DNA from: an uncultured delta proteobacterium
GTDB taxonomy: Bacteria > Desulfobacterota > Desulfomonilia > UBA1062
Direction: 5' to 3'
DNA: 64,000 nucleotides
NCBI GenBank assembly: GCA_963798485.1
Contig: CAWCTR010000022.1
Coordinates: 1-64,000 of the forward strand
The translations under genes and the position numbers were made by a program. The notes beneath the pieces were generated by a model that searched no databases, was not told where the DNA came from, and saw nothing but the letters and a program-made list of their open reading frames with translations. Numbering within the stretch: position 1 is the stretch's first letter; the number at the start of each line of letters is the position of its first letter. Of the stretch, positions 18,693 through 28,895 are shown piece after piece.

Positions 18693-20924
18693 TTGGAGGC
18701 ACCTTTGGCAAATAGCACGCTCTTTTTAAAATCAGTGATAAATAATAAAAGCCGTGCATTCAATCTCGTATTAATCTGTGCTTTACTTGTTATAGCGATA
18801 ATTGTTGTGTATTGGCAGGTGATTAATTTTGATTTCGTCAGTTTTGATGATCCATTTTATGTTAAAGACAACAGTGTGGTGGGTAATGGAATAACCCTCC
18901 ACGGTATCAGATGGGCTTTTACAACCACATATTTCGCTAATTGGCACCCACTGACATGGATTTCACATATGCTTGATGTCCAGTTTTTCGGGATGACACC
19001 GGGCTTTCACCATTTTACCAATGTACTCATACACGCTCTCAATACAATTCTTCTGTTCATCATTTTTCATAAAATGACTGGAGCTGTATGGAGAAGTGCG
19101 GCAGTAGCAGCGCTCTTTGCCCTGCATCCGCTCCATATAGAATCGGTTGCATGGATCTCTGAGCGCAAGGATGTGCTGAGCACCTTCTTCTGGATGCTCA
19201 CCATGATGGGCTATCTCTGGTATATAAATCATCGAAATATTCGAAGATATCTAGTTGTGGTTACCTTCTATATTCTTGGGCTTATGTCTAAACCCATGCT
19301 TGTGACGTTACCTTTCGTATTACTCCTTCTGGATTTCTGGCCGTTACACCGGCTGGATCTTATTCAGACAGGAGATAATGACAATAACGATGTAAAGGTT
19401 ATGGGGGAATCTTCAGGCCGATGGTCGAGGCTTCCATCACTTATTCTTGAAAAAATACCGCTCATCATTCTCGTAACGATCTCATGCGGCATTACCATCT
19501 ATGCACAGTGGGGGGCAGTGGGGTCTTTTGAAGCTCTGCCTATCGGTACCAGAATAGCAAATGCGATCATCTCTTATGTGGCCTATCTGTGGAAGATGTT
19601 GTGGCCATTAAATCTTGCTGCATTCTATCCTTATCCGGGTTTCTTTAATCCCCCTAAGGTTGTGCTTTGCGCCATATTTCTATTAATCATTTCTGCCTTA
19701 GTTATTTATAATGCAAGGAAGTCCCCTTATCTCCTTGTGGGGTGGTTATGGTATATTGGAACTCTATTGCCCGTTATTGGAATAGTACAGGTGGGGTCCC
19801 AATCAATGGCAGACCGGTATACTTATATCCCGCTTATCGGTATATTTCTTTCCCTGGTCTGGGGCCTTTGGGAACTGTTTTGTCGGTTACGCTATGGGAA
19901 GATCACCTTAGTGGTTGTTTTTGTTAGTGCTCTCATTTTTTTTACAGTGATTACTCAGATACAGGTCGGCTTTTGGAAAAACAGTGAGACCCTTTACAGG
20001 CATGCGCTGGAAGTAACCGAAAACAACTGTGTGGCCCACAACGGCCTTGGACTCGTACTCTCAGATAAGGGTGATATAGAAGGGGCCATCAGTGAGTATA
20101 ATAAGGCTATGCTGATGAATCCGATGTTCTATCAGGCGCTTTTCAATCTTGGTCGTGCATATAAAGAAGAGAGAGAACCGATCATGGCCATTGAGTACTA
20201 TTTAGAAGGTTTACAGATTAATCCTAACCTTCCAAGTGACCATAATGATTTAGGGGACCTTTTTGTGATGACGGGCCAGACAGATGAGGCAATCAAACAA
20301 TATGGTGAATCATTGCGACTGGATCCATATCAGCCAGTGGTTTATAACAATCTCGGGAATACCTACATTCATAAGGCAGATCTTAAAAAGGCCGCTGATT
20401 GTTTCAAGGCAGCTATTCTGATAAACCCTGATTATGTTGAGGCACATAGGAGCCTTGACAATGTACAAATCGCCCAGTCTAAGATTGAAGGATCGATTTC
20501 CATGCTCAAACAGGAATTGGAGGCCCAACCCAGGAATCAGGCCCTATATGAGCAATTAGCTGATCTTCACCGCCAGCTGGGGGAACTCGATGAGGCAACA
20601 TTCCTATATCAAAAGGCGCTATCCATTAAACCAGATTACACAAAGGCCCTCTATGGGTTAGCACTCATTTATTCTACCCGTCAGGAGTATGCAAAGGCAC
20701 TTGATATGTTACAGGGCATAAGGCAGTTCCAGCCTGGAAATCCAGAAGTCTATTATAAGATCGCTTGTATCTATGCTAAACAGAAGAAAGTTAATGAATC
20801 AATTAGTTGGCTTAAACAGGCTATTGATAAGGGGTTTAATAATTGGGATCAGATCAAGAAAGATCCTGATCTTGCTAGCATTAGAAACACCGTTTTTATA
20901 AATGAATTGATAAAAAATCATTAA
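18693..20924 (+). CDS. TMTC-like GT-C membrane glycosyltransferase with C-terminal TPRs
   Basis: FVSFDD, NWHPLTW, LHPLHIESVAWISERKD, SKPM, MADRYTY, then TPR repeats. Confidence 0.85.
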   Translation: MEAPLANSTLFLKSVINNKSRAFNLVLICALLVIAIIVVYWQVINFDFVSFDDPFYVKDNSVVGNGITLHGIRWAFTTTYFANWHPLTWISHMLDVQFFGMTPGFHHFTNVLIHALNTILLFIIFHKMTGAVWRSAAVAALFALHPLHIESVAWISERKDVLSTFFWMLTMMGYLWYINHRNIRRYLVVVTFYILGLMSKPMLVTLPFVLLLLDFWPLHRLDLIQTGDNDNNDVKVMGESSGRWSRLPSLILEKIPLIILVTISCGITIYAQWGAVGSFEALPIGTRIANAIISYVAYLWKMLWPLNLAAFYPYPGFFNPPKVVLCAIFLLIISALVIYNARKSPYLLVGWLWYIGTLLPVIGIVQVGSQSMADRYTYIPLIGIFLSLVWGLWELFCRLRYGKITLVVVFVSALIFFTVITQIQVGFWKNSETLYRHALEVTENNCVAHNGLGLVLSDKGDIEGAISEYNKAMLMNPMFYQALFNLGRAYKEEREPIMAIEYYLEGLQINPNLPSDHNDLGDLFVMTGQTDEAIKQYGESLRLDPYQPVVYNNLGNTYIHKADLKKAADCFKAAILINPDYVEAHRSLDNVQIAQSKIEGSISMLKQELEAQPRNQALYEQLADLHRQLGELDEATFLYQKALSIKPDYTKALYGLALIYSTRQEYAKALDMLQGIRQFQPGNPEVYYKIACIYAKQKKVNESISWLKQAIDKGFNNWDQIKKDPDLASIRNTVFINELIKNH

Positions 20925-21152
20925 GCATTAAGATATCTTAGGGAAGAACAAGTGAAGATAACTGCGGAGACTGTTGCCCATTATGTTTTCTAAATTGGTG
21001 TAGCCCCGGAATTTCAAGGCTCAACTTCCGCTACCTGAAAGATCTCGGATTTACCTGGTCATTATCGTTTTTATCTCATCTTGTCTTATTCTTCTCACTT
21101 TCATCTGCATATTTCTGCTCAGGCAAAACCATAATTCGCTATCTTCTCGATG

Positions 21153-21725
21153 TTATGAACCATGCAGTACAGCCTTCTCCTTGAAGTAATCCGGACAATG
21201 TCCGATACTCACCATGTTCTCCCTGGCACCATCCAGCATCGGGGGTACGTGACCGTGATCCTGCCCATTCCCGAACGCCTCCGCCTCCATCAGAAATTCC
21301 TTTACCTTCTCCTCAAGCTTCATCTGCTTCCTCTTCAGGTCATCAACCGATCCGCTCCACTGCGTGGATGCGTTACCCGGAAGCTTGCACCCATCCAATG
21401 CAAAAAGCGTCCCCCCGAGCAGTTCCATCTCCTCGCAGATCAGCAGCACATCACGGAATAGAGGCAGGATATCCTCCTTCATGGAGACAACGAAGGTTGC
21501 TATCGTGCTACGGTCCGGATACTGGCCGCTGCTCAATGCCATGAACTCCACGTTCTCCCGGCAGGCTTGCTCGATCTTCCTCGATGATATCAGTCCCCGT
21601 GAATACCCCAGCAGCACTACCTTCAGCAGAATCCGGGGATCGTATGCGCGTCTCCCCATATCATCATTCCGGTACTTCCCATCGAACAGGCCCATATCCA
21701 AAAAGACTACTTGTAATGCTAGCAT
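21153..21725 (-). pseudogene. IS1182-like transposase remnant with internal deletion
   Basis: GRRAYDPRILLKVVLLGY...SSRKIE...PDRSTIA...ALDGCKL then jumps to a later DDE-region segment; too short to be intact. Confidence 0.75.
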
Positions 21726-21796
21726 GATTAAATTAACACAAAGAGCATTGTATTTTCCGATTATATTGATATAATTATGATCGGGTACTTGAAGAT

Positions 21797-22741
21797 ATGA
21801 AAAGCATACTGCTATTTTTTATTATCTTTTTGTTCTCATTCTCCGCCTGGTCAATGACCCCTGTTTCTGATTCCGAGCTTGCAGATGTCACTGGTCAGGC
21901 AGGTGTAAATATCAATCCTGATTTGACCATGAACATAAATATTGGCACCATGGCCTGGGGCGACTCAGATGGTATCTCAACAAGTGCGTACAACCCCTGG
22001 GATCTACCTGCTGGCTCTAGCGGTGGTTATGTGGGTATTAATGATTTCAATATCACCAACCTCACAATACAAGCTCGCATGGAGTCTGGTGACACCTACA
22101 ATGGCTATAACACCATGATGCTGAAGCCGATCACCATCGACGTGGCGACAGTCAATAGCCCGTTCTCAGTAACCACCACTCCTTCTTGGGGTGTGGCCGG
22201 TGTAACAGAGAGTTTGCCCACTGGCACGACGTTTGTCCGTATTGGCCTTGGAGCTCTTGAGATATCAATGGACTCGATGCTATTTAATGTTGATCTGTGG
22301 CAACGCTCGAATGGTTACGCAACGAATGATCTCCTTGCAAATTCTGCCCAGAACCTAGGTGTTGTCACTATGGGTGCAATGTCTATGTACATCAACCCCT
22401 GGAGCTATGTTGACATTTACTCTCCTGCTTCGGCTAAGGCAGGCAACACCTCAGGTGTAGTTTTTGCTGTGAATGTAACTATTGACCAGCTCAACTTTGG
22501 CTATATAGGGTGGGGTGACAAAGATGGTATAACTTCATCAGTAGGATCAACATCAGGAGCAGGTATTACTCAGGTCACTGGCACTGACTTGATGCATGAT
22601 AAAGCTGCCGGTTATATTGGTCTCACCTCACTTTCCTCTGGGCCAATAGCCGTCAATGGGACAGTGGGCGTTGATATTAACACCACCAAATCGGGTATCT
22701 ATGCCCAACTCCCGGCCACCATAAAAATGGTGAATCGGTAG
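21797..22741 (+). pseudogene. DUF6160-like secreted protein, copy 1 (C-terminally truncated)
   Basis: Signal peptide + MTPVSDSELADVTGQAGV, AWGDSDG, LKPITIDV; homology to copy 2 stops at GIYAQLPA. Confidence 0.7.
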
Positions 22742-22860
22742 CATGGCTTGACATTGCTATTCAGAAAGGGTTCAGCAATTAGTAATTGATTAAGAGAGAC
22801 CCTGATCTTTCTAACATTTAGAAACACAGCTTTCGTAAATGAGTTGATAAAAATCATTAA
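22722..22860 (+). pseudogene. decayed 3' end of a second TMTC/TPR gene
   Basis: ESVAWLDIAIQKGFSN**LIKRDPDLSNIRNTAFVNELIK aligns with ESISWLKQAIDKGFNNWDQIKKDPDLASIRNTVFINELIKNH (about 20790-20924). Confidence 0.8.
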
Positions 22861-23328
22861 GATTTTTTATCAAAGAGGAAGCATAGTTTCTGTGGAGACT
22901 ATCGCAAAAATCAAACAAACAATGAAAAGTGCTAAAAAAACGTTCTCATAAAATGACCTACAACGAAAGATTTCTGGCTGAGGCTTATGTTTTATGGTCC
23001 CAGTTTGATGGGTTTTGAGCTTACCGGCAAAAGTTTCGCACATAATGTATAACTCTCAAAATATATATAATATGGAATTAATGTGGATAATAATGGAAAA
23101 CAATTATCCATATAATGCAATAAAGATCAGTGTATTGGGAGCCAATTGATAACAATATCAAATTAACTTATTGTTATCATATTATGTTTAATTTTAATCT
23201 ATAATTAGCACACTATTTGCATACTATCATATTACCTTTCTTACTGATGCATTGGGCGAATTTCCCGATTTATTAGTGGTTTATATTTACGGAATATAAT
23301 GAAATCCCTAGGCCAAGAGGAGAAAATT

Positions 23329-24642
23329 ATGAAGAGAGTTTATTTGTTGCTGGTTATTTTGTTCTTGCCCCTTTCAGTATGGGCAATGACCCCGGTTACA
23401 GATACGGATCTATCTAATGTAACCGGTCAGGCCGGCGTGAACATCAATGCCAACGTGACAATGGACATCAACATAGGCAACATGTCCTGGGGCGACTCAG
23501 ATGGTATCACAAGTATTTACAACCCCTGGACAGTACCTGCTGGGTCTAGCGGTGGTTATACCGGTGTAGCAAACTTCAATCTCACCAACCTCACAATAGA
23601 AGCTCGCATGGAGTCTAGTGACACCTACAATGGCTATAACACCATGATGCTGAAGCCGATCACCATCGACGTGGCGACCGTCAATAGCCCGTTCTCAGTA
23701 ACCACCACTCCTTCTTGGGGTGTGAGTGGTGTAACAGAGAGTTTGCCCACTGGCACCACGTTTGTCCGTATCGGCCTTGGCGCTCTTGAGATATCAGTGG
23801 GAGAGATGTCATTTGAAGTCGATCGGTGGCAACGCTCGACCGGTGCAGCGACGAATGATATCAATTTAGCGAGTGCCCAGAACATGGGCGTTGTCGTATT
23901 GGGTGATCTTTCTCTGTACATTAACCCCTGGAGCTATGTTGACATTTACTCTCCTGCTTCGGCTGGGGGAGGCAACACCTCAGGCGTACAATTTGCTGTG
24001 AATGTAACCATTGACCAGCTCAAATTGGGTTATGCGGGGTGGGGTGACGAAGATGGTATAACTTCAGGAGTAGGAGGACCATCAGGACAAGGGATTGGTA
24101 AGGTTACTGCCACAGACTGGATGCATGATAATGCAGCTGGATATCAAGGTATCACCGACCTTTCTTCTGGGCCGATCGCCATCAACGGGACAGTGGGCAT
24201 TGATATTAACACCTCCGCAAAGGGTATCTATGCACAGCTCCCGGCGATTATATCCTTCATGGATGGGAATACGATTCTGAGTGTTCCTTCGGGATACTAC
24301 AAGAGTGAGACAACGGTAGAGGCAGTGCTCGCAGGATTAGGGTTTAATCAATACACTGGTTTAACTACTGGAATACCGAATGGCACGAGCCTGGACAACA
24401 TAATGGCTGGTCTCGCTGCAGCCGGTATGCCTTCTACAGTCAATCCTGTCACCGTAGTCCACATCTCATTCCCGACCGAGTTTATGATTGATGTGCAGGG
24501 ACCTCTCACAGCAGCTGTTCAGCTGTCTAATAGTCCTACCTTTGCAGCCGGTCCTGGAACTTCGACCCTGGGCGACATTTATCTCTCACACCTCGGTCTT
24601 GACATCCATGCTGGCAGCTGGGCAGACATCTGGGCCCACTAA
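23329..24642 (+). CDS. DUF6160-like secreted Gly/Thr/Ser-rich protein, copy 2 (full length)
   Basis: GAGGAG RBS, signal peptide, MTPVTDTDLSNVTGQAGV, C-terminal LGDIYL...SWADIWAH. Confidence 0.75.
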   Translation: MKRVYLLLVILFLPLSVWAMTPVTDTDLSNVTGQAGVNINANVTMDINIGNMSWGDSDGITSIYNPWTVPAGSSGGYTGVANFNLTNLTIEARMESSDTYNGYNTMMLKPITIDVATVNSPFSVTTTPSWGVSGVTESLPTGTTFVRIGLGALEISVGEMSFEVDRWQRSTGAATNDINLASAQNMGVVVLGDLSLYINPWSYVDIYSPASAGGGNTSGVQFAVNVTIDQLKLGYAGWGDEDGITSGVGGPSGQGIGKVTATDWMHDNAAGYQGITDLSSGPIAINGTVGIDINTSAKGIYAQLPAIISFMDGNTILSVPSGYYKSETTVEAVLAGLGFNQYTGLTTGIPNGTSLDNIMAGLAAAGMPSTVNPVTVVHISFPTEFMIDVQGPLTAAVQLSNSPTFAAGPGTSTLGDIYLSHLGLDIHAGSWADIWAH

Positions 24643-24659
24643 TTAAATTTAGTCTTCTG

Positions 24660-24696
24660 AAAGGAGAACCGGGGTTTACCCGGTCTCCTTTTTTTC
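24660..24696 (+). terminator. intrinsic terminator
   Basis: AAAGGAGAACCGGG...CCCGGTCTCCTTTTTTT. Confidence 0.75.
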
Positions 24697-25015
24697 TATT
24701 TTTATATAATGAATTGAGTATGAAGCATCAGCCAAACTGAATATACCTGCGATAACTACTCAGATTTGAGTATACCCCAAAACTGATGATCTTAAGATGG
24801 ATATCAAAAAAATCAACGGATGGAAAGTGACAAAAAACGACCTCGTAGAATGCCCTACAATGGAAAATCTTCGATCGAGGCTTATTTTGATGGCCCCAAG
24901 CCGATGATCTCCAAATAACACCTACGCAAACAGACACTTCAATCCAGAGTGAATCTGATGGCACGAAATTTTCATTAGTTATTTTAACGCATTGGAAGAT
25001 TAACAAAACTTAACT

Positions 25016-25042
25016 TAAGTTGCATCATAACAATGTCGAATT
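25016..25042 (+). promoter_or_regulatory. sigma28-like promoter
   Basis: TAAG-N15-GTCGAATT upstream of the 25093 gene. Confidence 0.4.
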
Positions 25043-25092
25043 TCATATCAGGATAAATTTGACACTCAATAAAAACCCATAAGGAGGAAAGT

Positions 25093-25530
25093 ATGTCAAC
25101 AGTATCAGGGATTTCATCGGTGAACAATCAGTACCAGGCTAACACGCAGAACTCCTTCCAGCAGGACTTTCAGGCTCTGGGCAATGCACTTCAATCAGGT
25201 AATTTAACAGCTGCCCAGCAGGCGTTCTCAACACTTCAGACTGATATGCAGGGCCTCAATCAGTCAAACGGGACACAGCAGCAAAATCAGAATAACACGA
25301 TCAGCACCGATTTCAACAACCTTGCGAGCGCTCTGAAATCAGGAGATATGGCAGGTGCGCAAAAGGCCTTTGCAACTCTGCAGCAGGACATGCAGAATGT
25401 TCAGAAGGGTCATCATCACCATCACCACCATCACCAAACCGATAATACAACCACTGCAACCAATCAGACGAGTTCTACAGGAGATGGAACGACCAGTACG
25501 ACTGGCGGCACCATCGATGAGACAGCCTAA
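25093..25530 (+). CDS. Gln/Thr-rich protein with two helical repeats and a His8 tract
   Basis: AAGGAGG RBS; repeats DFQALGNALQSGNLTAAQQAFSTLQ / DFNNLASALKSGDMAGAQKAFATLQ; GHHHHHHHHQ; terminator at 25584-25611. Confidence 0.8.
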   Translation: MSTVSGISSVNNQYQANTQNSFQQDFQALGNALQSGNLTAAQQAFSTLQTDMQGLNQSNGTQQQNQNNTISTDFNNLASALKSGDMAGAQKAFATLQQDMQNVQKGHHHHHHHHQTDNTTTATNQTSSTGDGTTSTTGGTIDETA

Positions 25531-25797
25531 TGGAGAATCCGAAAATCAGTTATCAGTAATGATAGATATTTATGAGGTCTTTGAGGCAGGGTCATAACGA
25601 CCCTGCCTTTTCCATACTTCCAGACACTTGGGATCTCCTTTGGCCGAAGATGTGTAGATGTTAGGGGTTCGATGCAAAAGACAAGGGGGTGCCTGAAAGG
25701 TAAAGACCGTTAAGGTTTGTCTTGAATCCGGGCAATGTTCGTTGATAATGATCTCTAACGGAATACCGTCATATCATGATGCACTGAAAGGGGGGGT

Positions 25798-26583
25798 ATG
25801 GAATTCGATAACATTTGGCTCGAAAGGTCAGAGGGCATTTCCACGATCCGTATGAACCGGCCCAAGGAGATGAACACCCTGAACTTCGGGCTCACGAAGG
25901 ACCTCCTCAAGGCCATGGAGATGTGCTGGGATGATGGCGGCACGAAGGTGGTCGTCATCACGGGCAGCGGCAAGGCCTTCTGTGCGGGCGGGGATGTGGT
26001 GGCCTTCAAGGACGCCACGGACATCGGCGATGCCACCCGGCAGATGACCAAGGACTTCGACCCGCTCATCTCGGGCATCAGAAGAATACATAAGCCTGTC
26101 ATCGCCATGATTAACGGGGTCTGCATGGGTGCGGGCCTGTCGCTCGCCGCTGCCTGCGATCTGAGGATCTGTGCGGCATCGGCCATGTTCCGCCAGGCCT
26201 ATACCTCGGTGGGACTGACGCCCGACGGAGGCTGGGGCCTGCACGTACCGCTGCTCATCGGGTTCGGTCGGGCAAGTGAGCTCATCTTTTCAGACCCCAT
26301 GATCGATGCCAAGAGGGCATACGAAATCGGCCTGGTGGGCGAGGTGGTGGACGATACGGAGCTGGAGGCCAAGACCATGGAGAAGGCCCGGCGCATGGCC
26401 AGAGGGCCGCTTATCGCCTTTGCCATTGCCAAAGATAACCTGAACCGGGCCATGCTCGCACTGCTGGAGTCCCAGCTCGAGCAGGAACGCTTAGGCATCA
26501 TGAAGGCCGGCAGGACTCATGACGCCCGGGAAGGGATTGCCGCCATTCTGGAGAGGCGTAAACCGGATTTCAGGGGGGAGTAA
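25798..26583 (+). CDS. enoyl-CoA hydratase/isomerase
   Basis: FCAGGD, GAGLSLAAACD, VGLTPDGG. Confidence 0.9.
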   Translation: MEFDNIWLERSEGISTIRMNRPKEMNTLNFGLTKDLLKAMEMCWDDGGTKVVVITGSGKAFCAGGDVVAFKDATDIGDATRQMTKDFDPLISGIRRIHKPVIAMINGVCMGAGLSLAAACDLRICAASAMFRQAYTSVGLTPDGGWGLHVPLLIGFGRASELIFSDPMIDAKRAYEIGLVGEVVDDTELEAKTMEKARRMARGPLIAFAIAKDNLNRAMLALLESQLEQERLGIMKAGRTHDAREGIAAILERRKPDFRGE

Positions 26584-26596
26584 ATTCTAAGGGCCA

Positions 26597-27346
26597 ATGA
26601 GCAAGCTCCTGATAATCAATGCCGATGACCTGGGCCTGAGCAAAGAGATCAATTCCGGGATATTATGGGGTCTTGGGCACGGTTTTGTAAGTGATACATC
26701 CCTGCTGGTGAAGGCCTTGTATACTGATGAGGCAGTGGCAGGGCTTGAGGCCTTAGATGTCAGGCATGTGGGCATACATATCAACCTCGATGAGGTGTTT
26801 GGCTGGAGGCCGGGTGGCATTGAGCTCAATATCAGGCCTGTACTTATGGACAAGCTGAATGACCAAGGTTTTCTTCATGAGTGCGCGTGTGAGGCCAAGG
26901 ATCAGATCGAGGCCTTTTTATCTTTTGGTCTTATACCTACACATGTGGATACCCACCATCATGTGCACGGGTTCTTTCCCATCTTTGAAATACTTGTAGA
27001 TCTCTTGAAAGAATACGGGATTCCGGCGCTGAGGTTCGGCAGGCACGGATACCGCCTTCCCACGCGCACAGATATTCCCTACGATGATGAAATCTATGCG
27101 CATATGGAAGATATGCTCAGACACAAGGGCATAGTTTATTGTTCACACTTTTTGGAAGGTGCAATGAGAGTCGATGATGTCAATCCGGGGGTCACAGAGC
27201 TTGTGGTGCACCCTTCTCTGGGAGGAGATCCCTGGAGATCGGAAGAATTGGAGATCCTTCAATCAAAAGCAACTGCTGACAGTTTGGGGCATAGTGGTAT
27301 AAAACCGGTCAGCTTCAGAGATCTTCTTCAAGGAAGGGACGCCTGA
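26597..27346 (+). CDS. ChbG/YdjC-family deacetylase
   Basis: IINADDLG, GIHINL, THVDTHHHVH, ELVVHP. Confidence 0.88.
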   Translation: MSKLLIINADDLGLSKEINSGILWGLGHGFVSDTSLLVKALYTDEAVAGLEALDVRHVGIHINLDEVFGWRPGGIELNIRPVLMDKLNDQGFLHECACEAKDQIEAFLSFGLIPTHVDTHHHVHGFFPIFEILVDLLKEYGIPALRFGRHGYRLPTRTDIPYDDEIYAHMEDMLRHKGIVYCSHFLEGAMRVDDVNPGVTELVVHPSLGGDPWRSEELEILQSKATADSLGHSGIKPVSFRDLLQGRDA

Positions 27347-27347
27347 T

Positions 27348-27617
27348 TCATGATAATCTCTTTTTGTCCAGTTCCTTGTTCCGTAAGGTTATACTCATAT
27401 CGACGAGTACCATGAGGCCGTTCAAGGCATAAAGCGTTACCACCCAGTCAAGGTTGTAAAATAACTTGTGGAGAATTCCAGCTATGTAACCCACAAAAAC
27501 GATAATAAGGAATGCCATGCTTTTGCCCTTAGCGGTCTTGGATGAGATGGACTTATAGATGGATGTCGGCCAGGCTGACCCGAAACAGATAAGCATGGTT
27601 ACCTCGAATATGCTCAT
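27348..27617 (-). CDS. small 3-TM membrane protein (PQ-loop-like)
   Basis: MLICFGSAWP...GKS...GILHK hydrophobic pattern; AGGAGGAG RBS. Confidence 0.75.
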   Translation of the reverse strand: MSIFEVTMLICFGSAWPTSIYKSISSKTAKGKSMAFLIIVFVGYIAGILHKLFYNLDWVVTLYALNGLMVLVDMSITLRNKELDKKRLS

Positions 27618-27637
27618 AAAAGATTCTCCTCCTGAAT

Positions 27638-27673
27638 AAAAAGGCCGGAGGGTGGTTTATCCCTCCGGCCTTT
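27638..27673 (-). terminator. intrinsic terminator after pilC
   Basis: GGCCGGAGGG...CCCTCCGGCC flanked by A/T tracts. Confidence 0.75.
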
Positions 27674-27698
27674 GTGATTTTATCCGGTAAGGAATGTC

Positions 27699-28892
27699 TT
27701 ATACAGCCGATGCCATCTTGAAGATGGGCAGATACATGGCCACGACGACAAAGCCGATGATGCCGCCCAGGAAGACCATGAGCATGGGCTCCAGGGCAGA
27801 GGTCAGTGCCTCTACTGCCGTATCCACCTCATCATCATAAAAATCTGCTATCTTTCCCAGCATCTGATCCATAGCACCTGTTGCCTCGCCCACGGCAATC
27901 ATCTGTACTACCATGCCCGGGAAGAGGCCTGTCTGCTCCAGGGGCTCGGACATGGTCCTTCCTTCGCTGATGGCCGTTCTCACCGCCCTGATGGCGTTTT
28001 CAATAATCATATTGCCGGCCGTTTTTGAGGTGATATCAAGGCCGTCCATGATGGGAACGCCCGATGAGATCATGGTGCCCAGGGTACGGGTAAACTTCGC
28101 TACAGCCACCTTCCTGATGAGCGGCCCGAATACAGGGAGCCTTAACATCATCTTGTCGGTGTAGAAACGTCCCTTCTCCTGAGTCCTTATCCATTTGAAC
28201 CCAAAGATAAATGCGACGATGCAGCCGATCATCGCCCACCAGAAATGCCGGAAGAAGCTGCTTAAATTCACCACGAACTGGGTGGGTGCCGGCAATGCCG
28301 ATCCGAACTGTTTGAACATATCACTGAAGGTAGGGATGACGAAGATCATAAGGATCGCCACCACGCCAAAGGCAACACTCAAAACGATGATGGGGTATGT
28401 CATGGCCCCTTTGACCTTGTTCTTCAGGGTTTCATTCTTTTCCATGTACACGGCAAGGCGGTTCAGCACCGTATCGAGCACGCCGCCGATCTCACCTGCT
28501 GCGACGAGGTTTACATAGAGGCTGTCAAATATTTTTGGGTGCTTGCTCAGGGCATCTGCAAAGGTGCTCCCTCCCTCAACGTCCCCTTTAATTTGTGACA
28601 ACACCTTCTTGAACCCCGGGTTGGGCTGCTGGGAGGATAATATGTCAAGGCACTGTACAAGCGGCAGTCCGGCGTTGATCATGGTAGAGAACTGCCTGGT
28701 GAAGATGACAATCTCCTTTGTCTTGACCTTGTGCTCGAAGAGGGTGATATTCTTGGGCTTGGATTTTAGTTTTGTAGGGATGATCCTCTGTCGCTTGAGG
28801 ATCAAGGCGGCAGCGGCCTTATCGGTAGCCTCGATCTCGCCCTTCTTGATACTCCCGTTGGCGAGCTTGCCTTCCCAAACGAATACTGACAT
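27699..28892 (-). CDS. pilC: type IV pilus inner-membrane platform protein
   Basis: FTRQFSTMINAGLPL, AGEIGGVL, AMTYP, two GspF domains; follows pilB-pilT. Confidence 0.95.
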   Translation of the reverse strand: MSVFVWEGKLANGSIKKGEIEATDKAAAALILKRQRIIPTKLKSKPKNITLFEHKVKTKEIVIFTRQFSTMINAGLPLVQCLDILSSQQPNPGFKKVLSQIKGDVEGGSTFADALSKHPKIFDSLYVNLVAAGEIGGVLDTVLNRLAVYMEKNETLKNKVKGAMTYPIIVLSVAFGVVAILMIFVIPTFSDMFKQFGSALPAPTQFVVNLSSFFRHFWWAMIGCIVAFIFGFKWIRTQEKGRFYTDKMMLRLPVFGPLIRKVAVAKFTRTLGTMISSGVPIMDGLDITSKTAGNMIIENAIRAVRTAISEGRTMSEPLEQTGLFPGMVVQMIAVGEATGAMDQMLGKIADFYDDEVDTAVEALTSALEPMLMVFLGGIIGFVVVAMYLPIFKMASAV

Positions 28893-28895
28893 GGG

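Noticed and set aside
23206-23221. Sigma54-like TAGCAC-N5-TTGCA upstream of DUF6160 copy 2 (also TGGCAC-N5-TTTCA near 24959)
   Set aside because: Each misses one of the near-invariant GG/GC dinucleotides
22870-23290. Possible riboswitch in the long AT-rich leader
   Set aside because: No convincing conserved aptamer motif could be identified by eye; an Rfam/Infernal scan would decide
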